Source: a virus. Taken from it: a DNA stretch of 64,000 nt. Below the pieces are notes generated by a model. It was not told the origin of the DNA. It saw only the letters and a program-made list of their open reading frames with translations, and ran no database searches. Positions 1-9,505 of the stretch are shown here, piece by piece. The stretch spans positions 1 through 64,000 of IMG/VR virus record IMGVR_UViG_3300035698_011044. One strand, 5' to 3'. The translations under genes and the position numbers were made by a program. The first letter of the stretch is position 1. Every line of letters begins with the position of its first letter.

Positions 1-1875
1 ACCTGTTGCTCCACCGCCACTAGTTATTTGTAGGCCATCCCCTGTACCTGAGGCGGCAACAACAAGACCATCTCCATTCGTGGCCTGAGACGTAATATTG
101 AGACCATTTCCTGTAGCACCTGCGCCAGAAGTTAAAAGTGCTCCTGCACCAGTTGTACCACCAATAGACCTTAGCCCCTCAAAAGCCCCGCCACCCTGGA
201 GATAGAGTCCGACTCCACCTGCAGCGGATGAGGATATTCCATGATTTCCTGTTCCAGCAGTTACAGCAAGACCTATGCCTGTTCCACCAGAAGCATCTGC
301 ATAAATAGCAGCGCTTGCAGTGTCGGACTCGGCATATATTCCGCTTCCAGAAGTTGCTCCACCTTTACCATGTATTCCGTGTCCAGATGTCCCAGAACCA
401 CCACAATAAAGACCATCGTTACTTCCTGCAGCAAATATCCCAATACCCCTACCATTGTTGGTTGCACGAATATCCATACCTGCACCAGAAGTAGATCCTC
501 CGGCTATATTAACGCCATTTCCAGAAGCTCCACCTGTAATTGATAGACCAACACCAGAAGTAGCTCCCCCTGCAATTGTTGTTCCATTTCCGCTTGCTCC
601 ACCTGTGGAAGCTAATCCTGCTCCTGCACCTTGGCCAATCACGTTTAGTCCCACGCCATCAGTTGCACCACCAGTAGCTTTGAGCCCCGATCCAGCACCT
701 TGGCCAACGAGATCTAGTCCGTTACCATCAGTAGCTCCGCCAACAGAGCGTATCCCTTGCCCCGTTCCATGCCCAGTAATGCTAATTCCGTGACCAGCAT
801 CAGAAGCTGCAAGAATCCTTAATGCGCTCCCTGTAGCTCCAGCACCAGAAGTAAGACTCATTCCATCTCCGGTACCAGCTCCTGCAACAGCTATGCCTGT
901 CCCGTTAGTAGCAGCGGTAACTGTTATTCCATTTCCAGACGCCCCACTATTAAAGGTCGCTCCTGCGCCAGTTGCACCGCCTGTAGTGACTATTCCTGAT
1001 CCTGTGCCATTACCAAGAAGATTGAGAGCAGAACCATTTGTGGACAACGCAACAGCGTAAATACCATCTCCGGTTGCACCAGTACCAGACCTTGCGTATA
1101 ATCCGTGACCTGTTCCGGAACCATAAATACTTATGCCGTTACTATTGCCACCTCCGCTAATAGTAGCTCCACTTCCAGATGCACCTCCAGCAACATGAAG
1201 TCCTGCAGATGCGCCACGACCAGTAAGCCTTAGGCCAGATCCAGAAGTAGAACTTGCAACAGCATTAATGCCATTTCCTGTAGCACCACTACCTGAAAGA
1301 GCGTGTATTCCATGGCCTGTTCCTGCGCCAGCAAATCTAGCTCCATCTCCAGTTGTGCCACCAGAGGAGTACAATCCATGTCCAGAGCCATCACCAGCAA
1401 GAATTAATGCATGTCCATTGGTTGTGCTATTAACAATACTCAAACTATTAAGTTTCAAATCAGCGTTGTTGCCGCTAGTAGCGTTACCATCTATCTGAGT
1501 CATATCAACCTGGAACAGATCAGTTCCAAGGACCATTGAATCATAGATGGTCGCTGGCAAAACTACATATTCATGAAAGACAGGGAGTGCTCCCGAAATA
1601 TTTGCCGATAAGACAACTCTGCCCTCAGTGTTAGTATCAGTTGTTGTTATCTCTAAACTGTAATAACCATTAGCAACATGAGCCATGTCATGTGTAGAAG
1701 CCGATGCAGCAGGAGTAATGTCTACCTTAGTCAACGGATGTGTATTGTTAGTTTTATACAGATCAACATCTATGCTTGCTACAGTTAAGGCTGTCTCTGG
1801 GGTTTTGCCATCCGTATCGTCTATGAATGGCCCCACAAGAATAGCCGTAGCAGTGTCCGCCCTTAAATACCTCAT
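1..1875 (-). CDS. Gly/Ala/Thr/Ser-rich tail fibre or virion surface protein (3' end beyond window)
   Basis: Absent from the ORF track (no stop in window). ATG at 1875 gives MRYLRADTATAILVGPFIDDTDGKTPET..., and the same frame at base 1 reads ...VAASGTGDGLQITSGGGATG; many G-x-G...GGATG repeats; lies in the tail region. Confidence 0.8.
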   Translation of the reverse strand, partial: MRYLRADTATAILVGPFIDDTDGKTPETALTVASIDVDLYKTNNTHPLTKVDITPAASASTHDMAHVANGYYSLEITTTDTNTEGRVVLSANISGALPVFHEYVVLPATIYDSMVLGTDLFQVDMTQIDGNATSGNNADLKLNSLSIVNSTTNGHALILAGDGSGHGLYSSGGTTGDGARFAGAGTGHGIHALSGSGATGNGINAVASSTSGSGLRLTGRGASAGLHVAGGASGSGATISGGGNSNGISIYGSGTGHGLYARSGTGATGDGIYAVALSTNGSALNLLGNGTGSGIVTTGGATGAGATFNSGASGNGITVTAATNGTGIAVAGAGTGDGMSLTSGAGATGSALRILAASDAGHGISITGHGTGQGIRSVGGATDGNGLDLVGQGAGSGLKATGGATDGVGLNVIGQGAGAGLASTGGASGNGTTIAGGATSGVGLSITGGASGNGVNIAGGSTSGAGMDIRATNNGRGIGIFAAGSNDGLYCGGSGTSGHGIHGKGGATSGSGIYAESDTASAAIYADASGGTGIGLAVTAGTGNHGISSSAAGGVGLYLQGGGAFEGLRSIGGTTGAGALLTSGAGATGNGLNITSQATNGDGLVVAASGTGDGLQITSGGGATG

Positions 1876-1905
1876 AATATTTTCCTCTGTCTAAGGTAAT
1901 TTGTT

Positions 1906-2526
1906 TTATCCATTTTGCATATTTTTGTAGTGGTTATAAAAGATAGGAATAGTAATCCCGCCACCAGCCGTATAATCAACTTCTATCTTAAACGCTTCGA
2001 CAATCATCCATAATGCCGCGTTGCCTGTATCCATACTTACTATAACACCCCTACCAGAGGCGCTCTCGCTACCATCAGCAAAATCGTTAAAATGGGCAAC
2101 TAGCTCCGTGCTTGTTGGAATCGTAATTGTCCCAGTGCTAATACTTGTAATTGCTGGACTTGTTGACAATGCAGTAGGCCAAGATTCTGTTGGCCAAGCC
2201 GTACCCGTATCTCTGTCATCGTAATTGGGAGTAGTCCCGTTATCATTATAGTCGCCATCTGAGTTTTTGTAAACTGTAGCGTAGTAATTTGTAGCTACTG
2301 ACAGTGACTTGCTCTTAATGTCAAACTTAATCCTAACTGCTGTAACAGTATCTCCAGACCATGCTGTATCATCAACAGAACACAGTATCTCCGCAACATA
2401 AGCACTATCTCTTTCATCGTATCCCAGATACGGGTCCTGTGGAGAACTATTTTTACTGTAAGCCCTTGCTGTTCCATTGTAATTTTCTAATGCGTAATAA
2501 TCTACAGTTTGAATATCGGTAGCCAT
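1906..2526 (-). CDS. Putative virion structural protein
   Basis: 206-aa Thr/Asp/Tyr-rich ORF in the tail cluster, coupled to its neighbours. Confidence 0.6.
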   Translation of the reverse strand: MATDIQTVDYYALENYNGTARAYSKNSSPQDPYLGYDERDSAYVAEILCSVDDTAWSGDTVTAVRIKFDIKSKSLSVATNYYATVYKNSDGDYNDNGTTPNYDDRDTGTAWPTESWPTALSTSPAITSISTGTITIPTSTELVAHFNDFADGSESASGRGVIVSMDTGNAALWMIVEAFKIEVDYTAGGGITIPIFYNHYKNMQNG

Positions 2527-2741
2527 TAATCCTCCGGATTATTATAATCGGTTATAAGCGGAAGCGATTCGTCGCTATCAGAATATCTGAGCTGGATATA
2601 TTTATAGTACATGTCTTTACCTGTAACATGGATATCGTTAAATTTCGCTGCATCTTTTTCAGAAGTCAAGTATCCAATATCCTTGCTACTAGACTTGGTG
2701 CCATCCCACGTAATTTTAGATACTATACAATATCTCATCAA
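2526..2741 (-). CDS. Hypothetical protein
   Basis: 71-aa ORF, GGAG RBS, TAATG overlap with next gene. Confidence 0.6.
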   Translation of the reverse strand: MMRYCIVSKITWDGTKSSSKDIGYLTSEKDAAKFNDIHVTGKDMYYKYIQLRYSDSDESLPLITDYNNPED

Positions 2742-2746
2742 TTCTC

Positions 2747-2974
2747 CTAAGAAACAAAGCTGTCGTTGGCAGCCTTGTGGGATCTGAGCCTTTTAACAAG
2801 AGTAGTTAGCGCCTGGCTCACAACTTCTTTTCTAATCTCTTCAGACTTCGCAATAACTTCCTCGTCAGTCTTTACTTCACCATTGAAGTATTCAAGCTCA
2901 AAAGCTTCTTTAATCTCAGCAAGCTTGTCGCCTGGAATAGTTATTTCTGTTGATAAAACTTTATCTTCGGCCAT
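2747..2974 (-). CDS. Hypothetical protein
   Basis: 75-aa ORF with AAGGAG RBS. Confidence 0.65.
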   Translation of the reverse strand: MAEDKVLSTEITIPGDKLAEIKEAFELEYFNGEVKTDEEVIAKSEEIRKEVVSQALTTLVKRLRSHKAANDSFVS

Positions 2975-2977
2975 GAC

Positions 2978-3151
2978 TTACTCCTTGGAAATATTAAGTT
3001 TGTTATCTTCTAATTCTTTTATACGAGCCTTTGCCATCTGTAACTCGCCGTCCTTTTTGCTTAACTCATCGTAAAGCAGTCCCACTAACCCCTGAATTTC
3101 TGCAGCTTTCCGCATTGCTTCCAAGGCAACTTCGCTTATCCGAGGAGCCAT
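2978..3151 (-). CDS. Small coiled-coil hypothetical protein
   Basis: 57-aa ORF MAPRISEVALEAMRKAAEIQG... read manually; fills the gap with a TAATG overlap. Confidence 0.6.
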   Translation of the reverse strand: MAPRISEVALEAMRKAAEIQGLVGLLYDELSKKDGELQMAKARIKELEDNKLNISKE

Positions 3152-3531
3152 TAGGTAACCCCAATCGCAACGTCAGCAGTTCCAACTACAATATCACCAT
3201 TCTCGTCAAGAAGCATGAATCGATAGTTTCCAGCAGACCCATGAACATAAGATCCTGACTGAGAATCTGTGCCGGTTAGCCCAACTGATCCACCATCCGT
3301 AACACGCACACCCTCGTCTCCACCATCATTGCTAAGAAAGTTATCCTTAACGACAATATTGCCGTTAATGCGAGGCCAGAACCACCACAAAACACCGGCA
3401 TCGTCCTGTTGGCCGATACGATTGTATGTTGTTTCAAAACCCTGCTGCTTTGTTCTTCCAGTAAGAGCAGAAGTTAGAGCCGCGGCCGTTGGTACAACTA
3501 ATTGCTCAATATCGATTTCATAATCTGACAT
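3151..3531 (-). CDS. Putative tail-associated protein
   Basis: 126-aa ORF in the structural cluster. Confidence 0.6.
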   Translation of the reverse strand: MSDYEIDIEQLVVPTAAALTSALTGRTKQQGFETTYNRIGQQDDAGVLWWFWPRINGNIVVKDNFLSNDGGDEGVRVTDGGSVGLTGTDSQSGSYVHGSAGNYRFMLLDENGDIVVGTADVAIGVT

Positions 3532-3533
3532 CG

Positions 3534-3719
3534 TTATACTCCAGTTTGAATAATCTTGTTTGTAGAGTTTCCGGTTTGAATAATCTTATCAGTAGTGCTG
3601 CCTGTCTGCACAATCTTGTCATAGACAATAGTCGCATCGGTAAATTCAACAGTTAATCTCGACGTTCCGCTTGTTGGGGTTACCGAGAAGTCAGGATCTA
3701 TAATTTTAAAATCAGCCAT
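3534..3719 (-). CDS. Small protein with partial PKD-like motif and 10-aa repeats
   Basis: DFSVTPTSGTSRLTVEFTD resembles the start of a PKD domain; followed by three xKI(V/I)QTG units. Confidence 0.6.
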   Translation of the reverse strand: MADFKIIDPDFSVTPTSGTSRLTVEFTDATIVYDKIVQTGSTTDKIIQTGNSTNKIIQTGV

Positions 3720-5868
3720 TTTCTATTGACCCCCAAAAGATGTACCCCAGGTTTCTGCTGTATCCAGCGTTGTATGCAGTCTGCATTGAGCGTAGGACCT
3801 CTGCGATCCTATCCTTAGCCAGACCCTCACCGTAGTTTCGTCCAGTAAAAGTCCGAATCTCCGGCTCACTGGTTATAATCATCTCAGTATCCTCATCCAT
3901 GAAAGTGTTTCCACCCCAATCCATGCATCCAATATTGGGGTCAATGACATTCTTGGAGGATATAATAGCATGGGTTTCTCCAATATCGTCAATAATCTCT
4001 TGAGTAAAATTGGTAGAATCGACTTCATGCGTAGAATGAAGGCATGTTACAATCAGAGATTCCCTATGCATCTTTAATTGTATGATGCCATCATCAAACG
4101 TGATAACTTGATCGAGAGAATTGTAATATCCAACCAGATGCTCGTACCCTTGAGGGAACTCGCTATAATAGATCTTCTCTTCCTCTCTCCTAGCAACAAA
4201 CAGGAAGTTGCTACCAATCGCACCAGCATTAGAACGAGGAAGAGGGTCCCAAGCACGCTGTTTTAGCGGCCATGCTCTTATGCGAGCTCGAAGGGTAGTG
4301 TCGGAAACAGTGTCTCTAAAGTTTCTTGTTGAGGCATTAAACGCAGCCACAACTGGACTTGAGATAGTTGCTGAATCTGCAACCTTGACAGATCCTGTGC
4401 TTATAATCGATGTAATGTATTTTGTTGCACCATTAGAGCAGAAGAGAGGCTTGCCAATATCGTCCACAGTCAATGTCAAGGATCCACTTGTCAAGTTTAC
4501 TACTTTCCCTGATTGAGTAAATCGAAATGAATCAGTAGAGCCAATATTAAATGCGCTAAGAAATGCTCCACCACTATATGTTGATCCACCAATGTCTACA
4601 ATTGTGCCTGTAGTAGAGGTTATGACTGTGGCCAATTCTAAAAGTATTCCATCGACTGAGGTAATAACGCATCCAACATCCAGATCTTCAACCGTGCCCA
4701 TCGTTGCAATAAATGTTCCATCAGCCAACACGTGAAGCTCGACAGCTTTTGCAACCGGAATATCTGCAAGCCAAATATAGAGTTCGCTTTGATTCGCCTT
4801 GCCATTGACCGGATCGAATCCCAGATTACCCACATCAAGAGTTGCGTATACGGAGTAATGAGTCCAGTGCCGTTCGCCTATAGTTTTAACAACTTCGCCA
4901 TCATAAGGATTGGTAAGAATCCCGATAGTAACTCCGTTGTCGGTATCGATTTCATCATCAGCGCAAACAGCCGCAAAATCCTTTGTATCTGGATTATAGA
5001 CAACCGTTGCTGATTCGCACTCAATATTAACCCCGGGAGTAGTTCTGTCCCTGCTTCCAGTCCCAGACAGTCTGCTCATCGAATAGACATACCTTCGGCA
5101 GTATGGAGTAGTCTCTGTTGCTGTACCCTGACTTATAAGCTTGACTCTTGGAACACTCGAGTTTGTTTTGAAGACATAGGTAACAGTTTTCTCCAGGTCT
5201 ATCTTATATATGCCATTTGCATTTATTAAAAATGCGTAATTTTCATATTCAACTATTTCTGATGGGGAATCCTGGGGAATCTCCTGAGAAATAGTGTACG
5301 CCTGCTCCCAGCTCGTAACCGCAATGTCTGAAGTAAAGACTCTGCGATCAATAAGCATAATTATCTTACTCAGAGTTTCGTGAACATACAAGGCATTTAC
5401 CGGCCCTCTGCAAGCGCAATTTGCTTGAGCAATAGCAATGTCATCATCTGAGTCGTTTACTGTTATAGAGCCGGTTCCACCCACAGCAATGATTCGGTAA
5501 TGACGATCAATACCAGTTGATACTCCATCCTTCCATACAAAGTAGTTACCAATATCAGAAGATGTAAAATCACCACCATCCGTAACAGTAATTACATTCC
5601 CAGATTTTGTGGCAGTATAGTAGTTCCGCTCAACTCCAGCAACAGTCTTTAGATTGGGAAGTTTTGAATCTGACCAGCGTCTACATCCGCCACGGCCTTC
5701 CAGATACCATCCTTTATTTACAAAGTTTTTAAGCTCTCGCACACCGTTTTCGGGCACTCTATAAGAGGGTCCGTCAAGAAACATGCCCTCAGAGAAGTCT
5801 CTCTGCCTACGGGTAATATCCCGCTCCTGTTGTTGGATTGATCTAGGAGAGAAGTTTGTTCCCGACAT
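3712..5868 (-). CDS. Tail nozzle / DNA stabilization protein (tail tubular B, P22 gp10-like position)
   Basis: ~718-aa beta-rich ORF directly after the adaptor gene; call rests on size and synteny. Confidence 0.6.
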   Translation of the reverse strand: MSGTNFSPRSIQQQERDITRRQRDFSEGMFLDGPSYRVPENGVRELKNFVNKGWYLEGRGGCRRWSDSKLPNLKTVAGVERNYYTATKSGNVITVTDGGDFTSSDIGNYFVWKDGVSTGIDRHYRIIAVGGTGSITVNDSDDDIAIAQANCACRGPVNALYVHETLSKIIMLIDRRVFTSDIAVTSWEQAYTISQEIPQDSPSEIVEYENYAFLINANGIYKIDLEKTVTYVFKTNSSVPRVKLISQGTATETTPYCRRYVYSMSRLSGTGSRDRTTPGVNIECESATVVYNPDTKDFAAVCADDEIDTDNGVTIGILTNPYDGEVVKTIGERHWTHYSVYATLDVGNLGFDPVNGKANQSELYIWLADIPVAKAVELHVLADGTFIATMGTVEDLDVGCVITSVDGILLELATVITSTTGTIVDIGGSTYSGGAFLSAFNIGSTDSFRFTQSGKVVNLTSGSLTLTVDDIGKPLFCSNGATKYITSIISTGSVKVADSATISSPVVAAFNASTRNFRDTVSDTTLRARIRAWPLKQRAWDPLPRSNAGAIGSNFLFVARREEEKIYYSEFPQGYEHLVGYYNSLDQVITFDDGIIQLKMHRESLIVTCLHSTHEVDSTNFTQEIIDDIGETHAIISSKNVIDPNIGCMDWGGNTFMDEDTEMIITSEPEIRTFTGRNYGEGLAKDRIAEVLRSMQTAYNAGYSRNLGYIFWGSIENG

Positions 5869-6626
5869 TAGCAAATCCTCGGAACAGAATGCGTATCTTC
5901 TGGCTGGGCTCCTATTGTCATGTCTCGTTTGAATTTACTCATCCAAGAGAGTTGACCTGGCCTGTCAGTATGAAAAGCGTGCCATCGTTCGGAGGCTATG
6001 CCGTTTTGTTGCTTCTGAACTTTACCAATTACATAGTCTTCCAGAGCTTCTTCATAATATTCGGGTACGATCAGAGGTACACTTTCGGATGTTAATCTTG
6101 GTGCTTCTATTGTGAAAACGATAAAATATTTTTCTGTACTTGAACCAGGATCCTCTTTGAAGATAACCTTGGCTGGGACATTCTCAGTAGCTTCCCATGA
6201 TGCAACTGGAATATCTACCACATTGATACGCTCAAGAGATGTGCTGTATGGATTTTGCCATGAGAAGTGGTAAGGTTGCCCAAACCATCTCGTTCCGTAA
6301 TCGATGTTTGTTGAATCTATAAAGACATTAACGACGGTCCTCGCACGAATGGGATAGTCTATCCCGCCGATTGTGCGAACAAGAGAAGAGATTCCTGTTA
6401 GATAAGTTGCTGTAATATCGTATTCGTATTTCCCAGCAGTTGTTATAAGATAAGGAACCCATCCTTTGTTATCCGTTCCGAGATACTTCATCTGAGCACC
6501 GTCATATCGAAGTAGTAGATCCTGGCCCCTCTCGGCCATTCTCATAATACTACGATTTCCAGTGCTCCGAGAGTACCCCTCACGGATCTGAGGCATTAGA
6601 TCGTCTATTAATGTCTTCAAGCTCAT
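5868..6626 (-). CDS. Head-tail adaptor (tail tubular A-like)
   Basis: 252 aa; C-terminal PLIVPEYYEEALEDYV motif typical of podoviral adaptors; synteny. Confidence 0.6.
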   Translation of the reverse strand: MSLKTLIDDLMPQIREGYSRSTGNRSIMRMAERGQDLLLRYDGAQMKYLGTDNKGWVPYLITTAGKYEYDITATYLTGISSLVRTIGGIDYPIRARTVVNVFIDSTNIDYGTRWFGQPYHFSWQNPYSTSLERINVVDIPVASWEATENVPAKVIFKEDPGSSTEKYFIVFTIEAPRLTSESVPLIVPEYYEEALEDYVIGKVQKQQNGIASERWHAFHTDRPGQLSWMSKFKRDMTIGAQPEDTHSVPRIC

Positions 6627-6636
6627 AGCTTAACCT

Positions 6637-7806
6637 TTATGTTATCGTTTCCACGTCTGGCTGCATAACGCTTGAGGCAGATACCTCAACGATATCGCTA
6701 TCATCAACCTGGTAAATACTTTCCAAAGACGTTGGCGATGGCTCTTCCTGTTTGAGCAGGATAGCTTCAACGACCGATGCCTTTGTTGCTTCAGGTTGTG
6801 GAGCGAGACCAAGACTGATTGCCAGAACTCTTAGCTCATCAATCTTTTGACGCTTCAGTGCTGTTTTCGAGAATTTCTTCAGATCGAAACCGGCGGATGG
6901 AGAAGTAGGTGCAGATGCATCTATACGTCCTGGATAATCCGGAGTCGATGGAGTTGATGGAGTGCCTTTAAGCAGCCTAATCTCATCCTCACTCAAGCCC
7001 TTGATAATATCAAGAACATGTGCTTTAATATCGAAGCCAGGAACTGATATATTTTCTGGTTCGTAAGAAGCCGAGCGCTGTCTAACCAACTCATTCACCT
7101 CTGCCATAACAACTCTTTTGAAGTCGTCACAAGCTGTCCATCCATAAGGATCATAAGCATGGTCACGAATCATTTTGATAATGTTGGATTTTTTGCGAGC
7201 TTTCTTTCCAACGACAATTTTGCAATTGCGATTAACTTTCATCATCATTGGATAGTTGTGTTTTCCAGTCGGAACCAAAGTCTCTTCGTTAATGAAGTCT
7301 TCGGCATCTTCTCTGGTCCATTTGTAATCGATCTCTCTACCTTCACGCATAATCATGTAGATAGGAACAATCTCATTGACAACATCCCTGAGACACTGGA
7401 TCTCCATATTGATCTGTCTTCCAGGAATAACACCTTTCTCCTGGTCTCTCATCTCAAGAAGCTTAAGCTGAGGAGAGTCTGCAAGAATCATTCTGTTGTG
7501 ATAAAATCTGTCATCAGGCATGAAAGCGATAAGAGTACCTTTTTTATCAACAGCTTCATATTTAATGCCAGCAGAAGCTCCTGTAAGCCATGTCTCTTTG
7601 TACGCATTTGAACCTGGAGTAAAGTTCTCAATAACCTTAACATCAAATGGACCCATAAGAGGTCTTGAGATAAGGTCTGGACACCGTTTGTGATACATCA
7701 GCGTGAAAAGACGGACACCCGCCATTAACGCTAAATCATATTTTTCCGGCGGTTGGATCCCGCTCGAAAAAGCTGACCCGCCTGTGCCTATTGGAGACAT
7801 CTGCAT
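6637..7806 (-). CDS. Hypothetical protein with C-terminal Rho-N/HeH-like motif
   Basis: 389 aa; LKRQKIDELRVLAISLGL...ATKASVVEAIL resembles a Rho-N/HeH helix pair; follows the capsid gene. Confidence 0.55.
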   Translation of the reverse strand: MQMSPIGTGGSAFSSGIQPPEKYDLALMAGVRLFTLMYHKRCPDLISRPLMGPFDVKVIENFTPGSNAYKETWLTGASAGIKYEAVDKKGTLIAFMPDDRFYHNRMILADSPQLKLLEMRDQEKGVIPGRQINMEIQCLRDVVNEIVPIYMIMREGREIDYKWTREDAEDFINEETLVPTGKHNYPMMMKVNRNCKIVVGKKARKKSNIIKMIRDHAYDPYGWTACDDFKRVVMAEVNELVRQRSASYEPENISVPGFDIKAHVLDIIKGLSEDEIRLLKGTPSTPSTPDYPGRIDASAPTSPSAGFDLKKFSKTALKRQKIDELRVLAISLGLAPQPEATKASVVEAILLKQEEPSPTSLESIYQVDDSDIVEVSASSVMQPDVETIT

Positions 7807-7839
7807 AGTCTAACTCCTTGAAAAAAAGTTTAAGAGTAA

Positions 7840-7864
7840 TGCAGAGGGGCATTTCCCCCCTGCA
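7840..7864 (-). terminator. Hairpin after the major capsid gene (possible terminator or RNA stabiliser)
   Basis: TGCAGGGGG-GAAATGC-CCCTCTGCA stem on the minus strand; weak U tail. Confidence 0.45.
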
Positions 7865-7892
7865 CGTTTATATTCTATCGTAACAATCATGC

Positions 7893-9359
7893 TTATGATA
7901 CAGTTACAATTGGGTTACGGCTAATAGGAACTAAGCAAGAACCTTTTTGGATTTGAGTTGTGCTCGCACCATCAAGTCTTCCAGCAGCATCCTTGTCGAA
8001 AGCAGGAATCTGTATTCCGCATCCGAGGTAAGCTCCACGACCCTGGATCTGTCCGTACTCTGTAGATTCGGCAAGATTAGATACCAGAGGATCAACAAGG
8101 TACTCGGCAAGAGCGTTGGCTCCGCATACAAGCATCATGTCGAAAACAAAGTTAGTTGCACCCGATGTGTTGGTCCATGCAACATTGTTTCTGTCATCGT
8201 TGTTACCAGGATTCATGTATCCAACACTAAGAGTGTAAGATCCATAGGCTCCACCAACAGTGAGTGTAGGGGCACGGAAATCCTGAACGAAAACAAGCTG
8301 CTCAAGAACACGACCCATTTCACCAATAAGTGAAGGACGTTTTGGATCTTTATAATCCGAAACAGCCTGCATGTGCTCGCCAAGTCCACCAGATTTATTT
8401 GGATTCATTGTCCAACCAAGAACTTTTGGTGGAATGAGGCAAATATAACTAGGGATACCATCAAGCATAATGGGCTCAAGCTGCAGTGAGTCTGTCAGAT
8501 AGGTTTTGACCTGCATCAAAGTATCAACATTCAGAGTAGCTTTAGAGGTAGAACCTGATCCTGCTGCAGTCATAAGAGCGTCTGCAATGTTTTGCACGAA
8601 AGATGTAGCTCCACCATACGAACGACTTGAGTAGTAGCCATCTGCATCTACGGAACCATCTGTCTTTGTGAGAGCAGTAATATCCCATGACGGATATGCT
8701 GACTCTGCAAGATTAGGTATAATCCAGTTTTTGTTGAACTGCTGTGCATTATTGACAGGAGAATTTGTGAGTCCCTCGTCATAAGTAAGCATCAGAGCCT
8801 GGTGAATATGAGTGTCACGAAGTTCGGCCATATACTCAGACAAAGCTGACCCATAAGTCTCAATGTACTTGAGATACTTTGTATCATTGTAGTCATAGCC
8901 CCATTTTTTGTACTTGATACCCTTTTTAACTTCATTGTAGTAAAGCTCTGTCCAGACAAGATCCTGCTCGTCCTCGTTTCCAAGTATTGCATTGGAATTA
9001 CCGTAACGAGGAGCAGCTCTGAGAGGTTTTCTCATTGCAATACGACAAGACTGGCCGGAGTCAGGCGGAGTAGATATCTCCATCCAGATACCAGATTTAA
9101 CAATATTCACAACACTATCTACAACTTTAATTGCAGTTTTGAGCTGTGTAAAAACTGACGGACGAATCGAATCTTCTCTGAGTTTCTTTTCGTATGCAAC
9201 TCTACGAATAGCTGTAGCGTTGAGTCCTGATATTGTGCTTGGAGTACCAGGCACATAGGCTTGAGGAATGTGGAACATCATGTGCATAATTGCATTCAAA
9301 ATGCGCTCTGCTGCTCTCATTCCTGGAAGATAACGTAAAAACATAATAAACCCCTTCAT
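7893..9359 (-). CDS. Major capsid protein
   Basis: 488 aa, directly downstream of portal and scaffold and followed by a hairpin. Confidence 0.75.
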   Translation of the reverse strand: MKGFIMFLRYLPGMRAAERILNAIMHMMFHIPQAYVPGTPSTISGLNATAIRRVAYEKKLREDSIRPSVFTQLKTAIKVVDSVVNIVKSGIWMEISTPPDSGQSCRIAMRKPLRAAPRYGNSNAILGNEDEQDLVWTELYYNEVKKGIKYKKWGYDYNDTKYLKYIETYGSALSEYMAELRDTHIHQALMLTYDEGLTNSPVNNAQQFNKNWIIPNLAESAYPSWDITALTKTDGSVDADGYYSSRSYGGATSFVQNIADALMTAAGSGSTSKATLNVDTLMQVKTYLTDSLQLEPIMLDGIPSYICLIPPKVLGWTMNPNKSGGLGEHMQAVSDYKDPKRPSLIGEMGRVLEQLVFVQDFRAPTLTVGGAYGSYTLSVGYMNPGNNDDRNNVAWTNTSGATNFVFDMMLVCGANALAEYLVDPLVSNLAESTEYGQIQGRGAYLGCGIQIPAFDKDAAGRLDGASTTQIQKGSCLVPISRNPIVTVS

Positions 9360-9505
9360 TAATTAATTAAGAACCTGTTTGTTTAAGGGGGCCAATCAGA
9401 GAGGCACATCGTCTCAGTGGACGTTCGGTATGTTTGTGGTCGGGCAGCTTGTGGCATTCCGACCTTTATGTTTTTGGGCTGCTTCAGTTCGCTTGTGGCG
9501 TTCGC

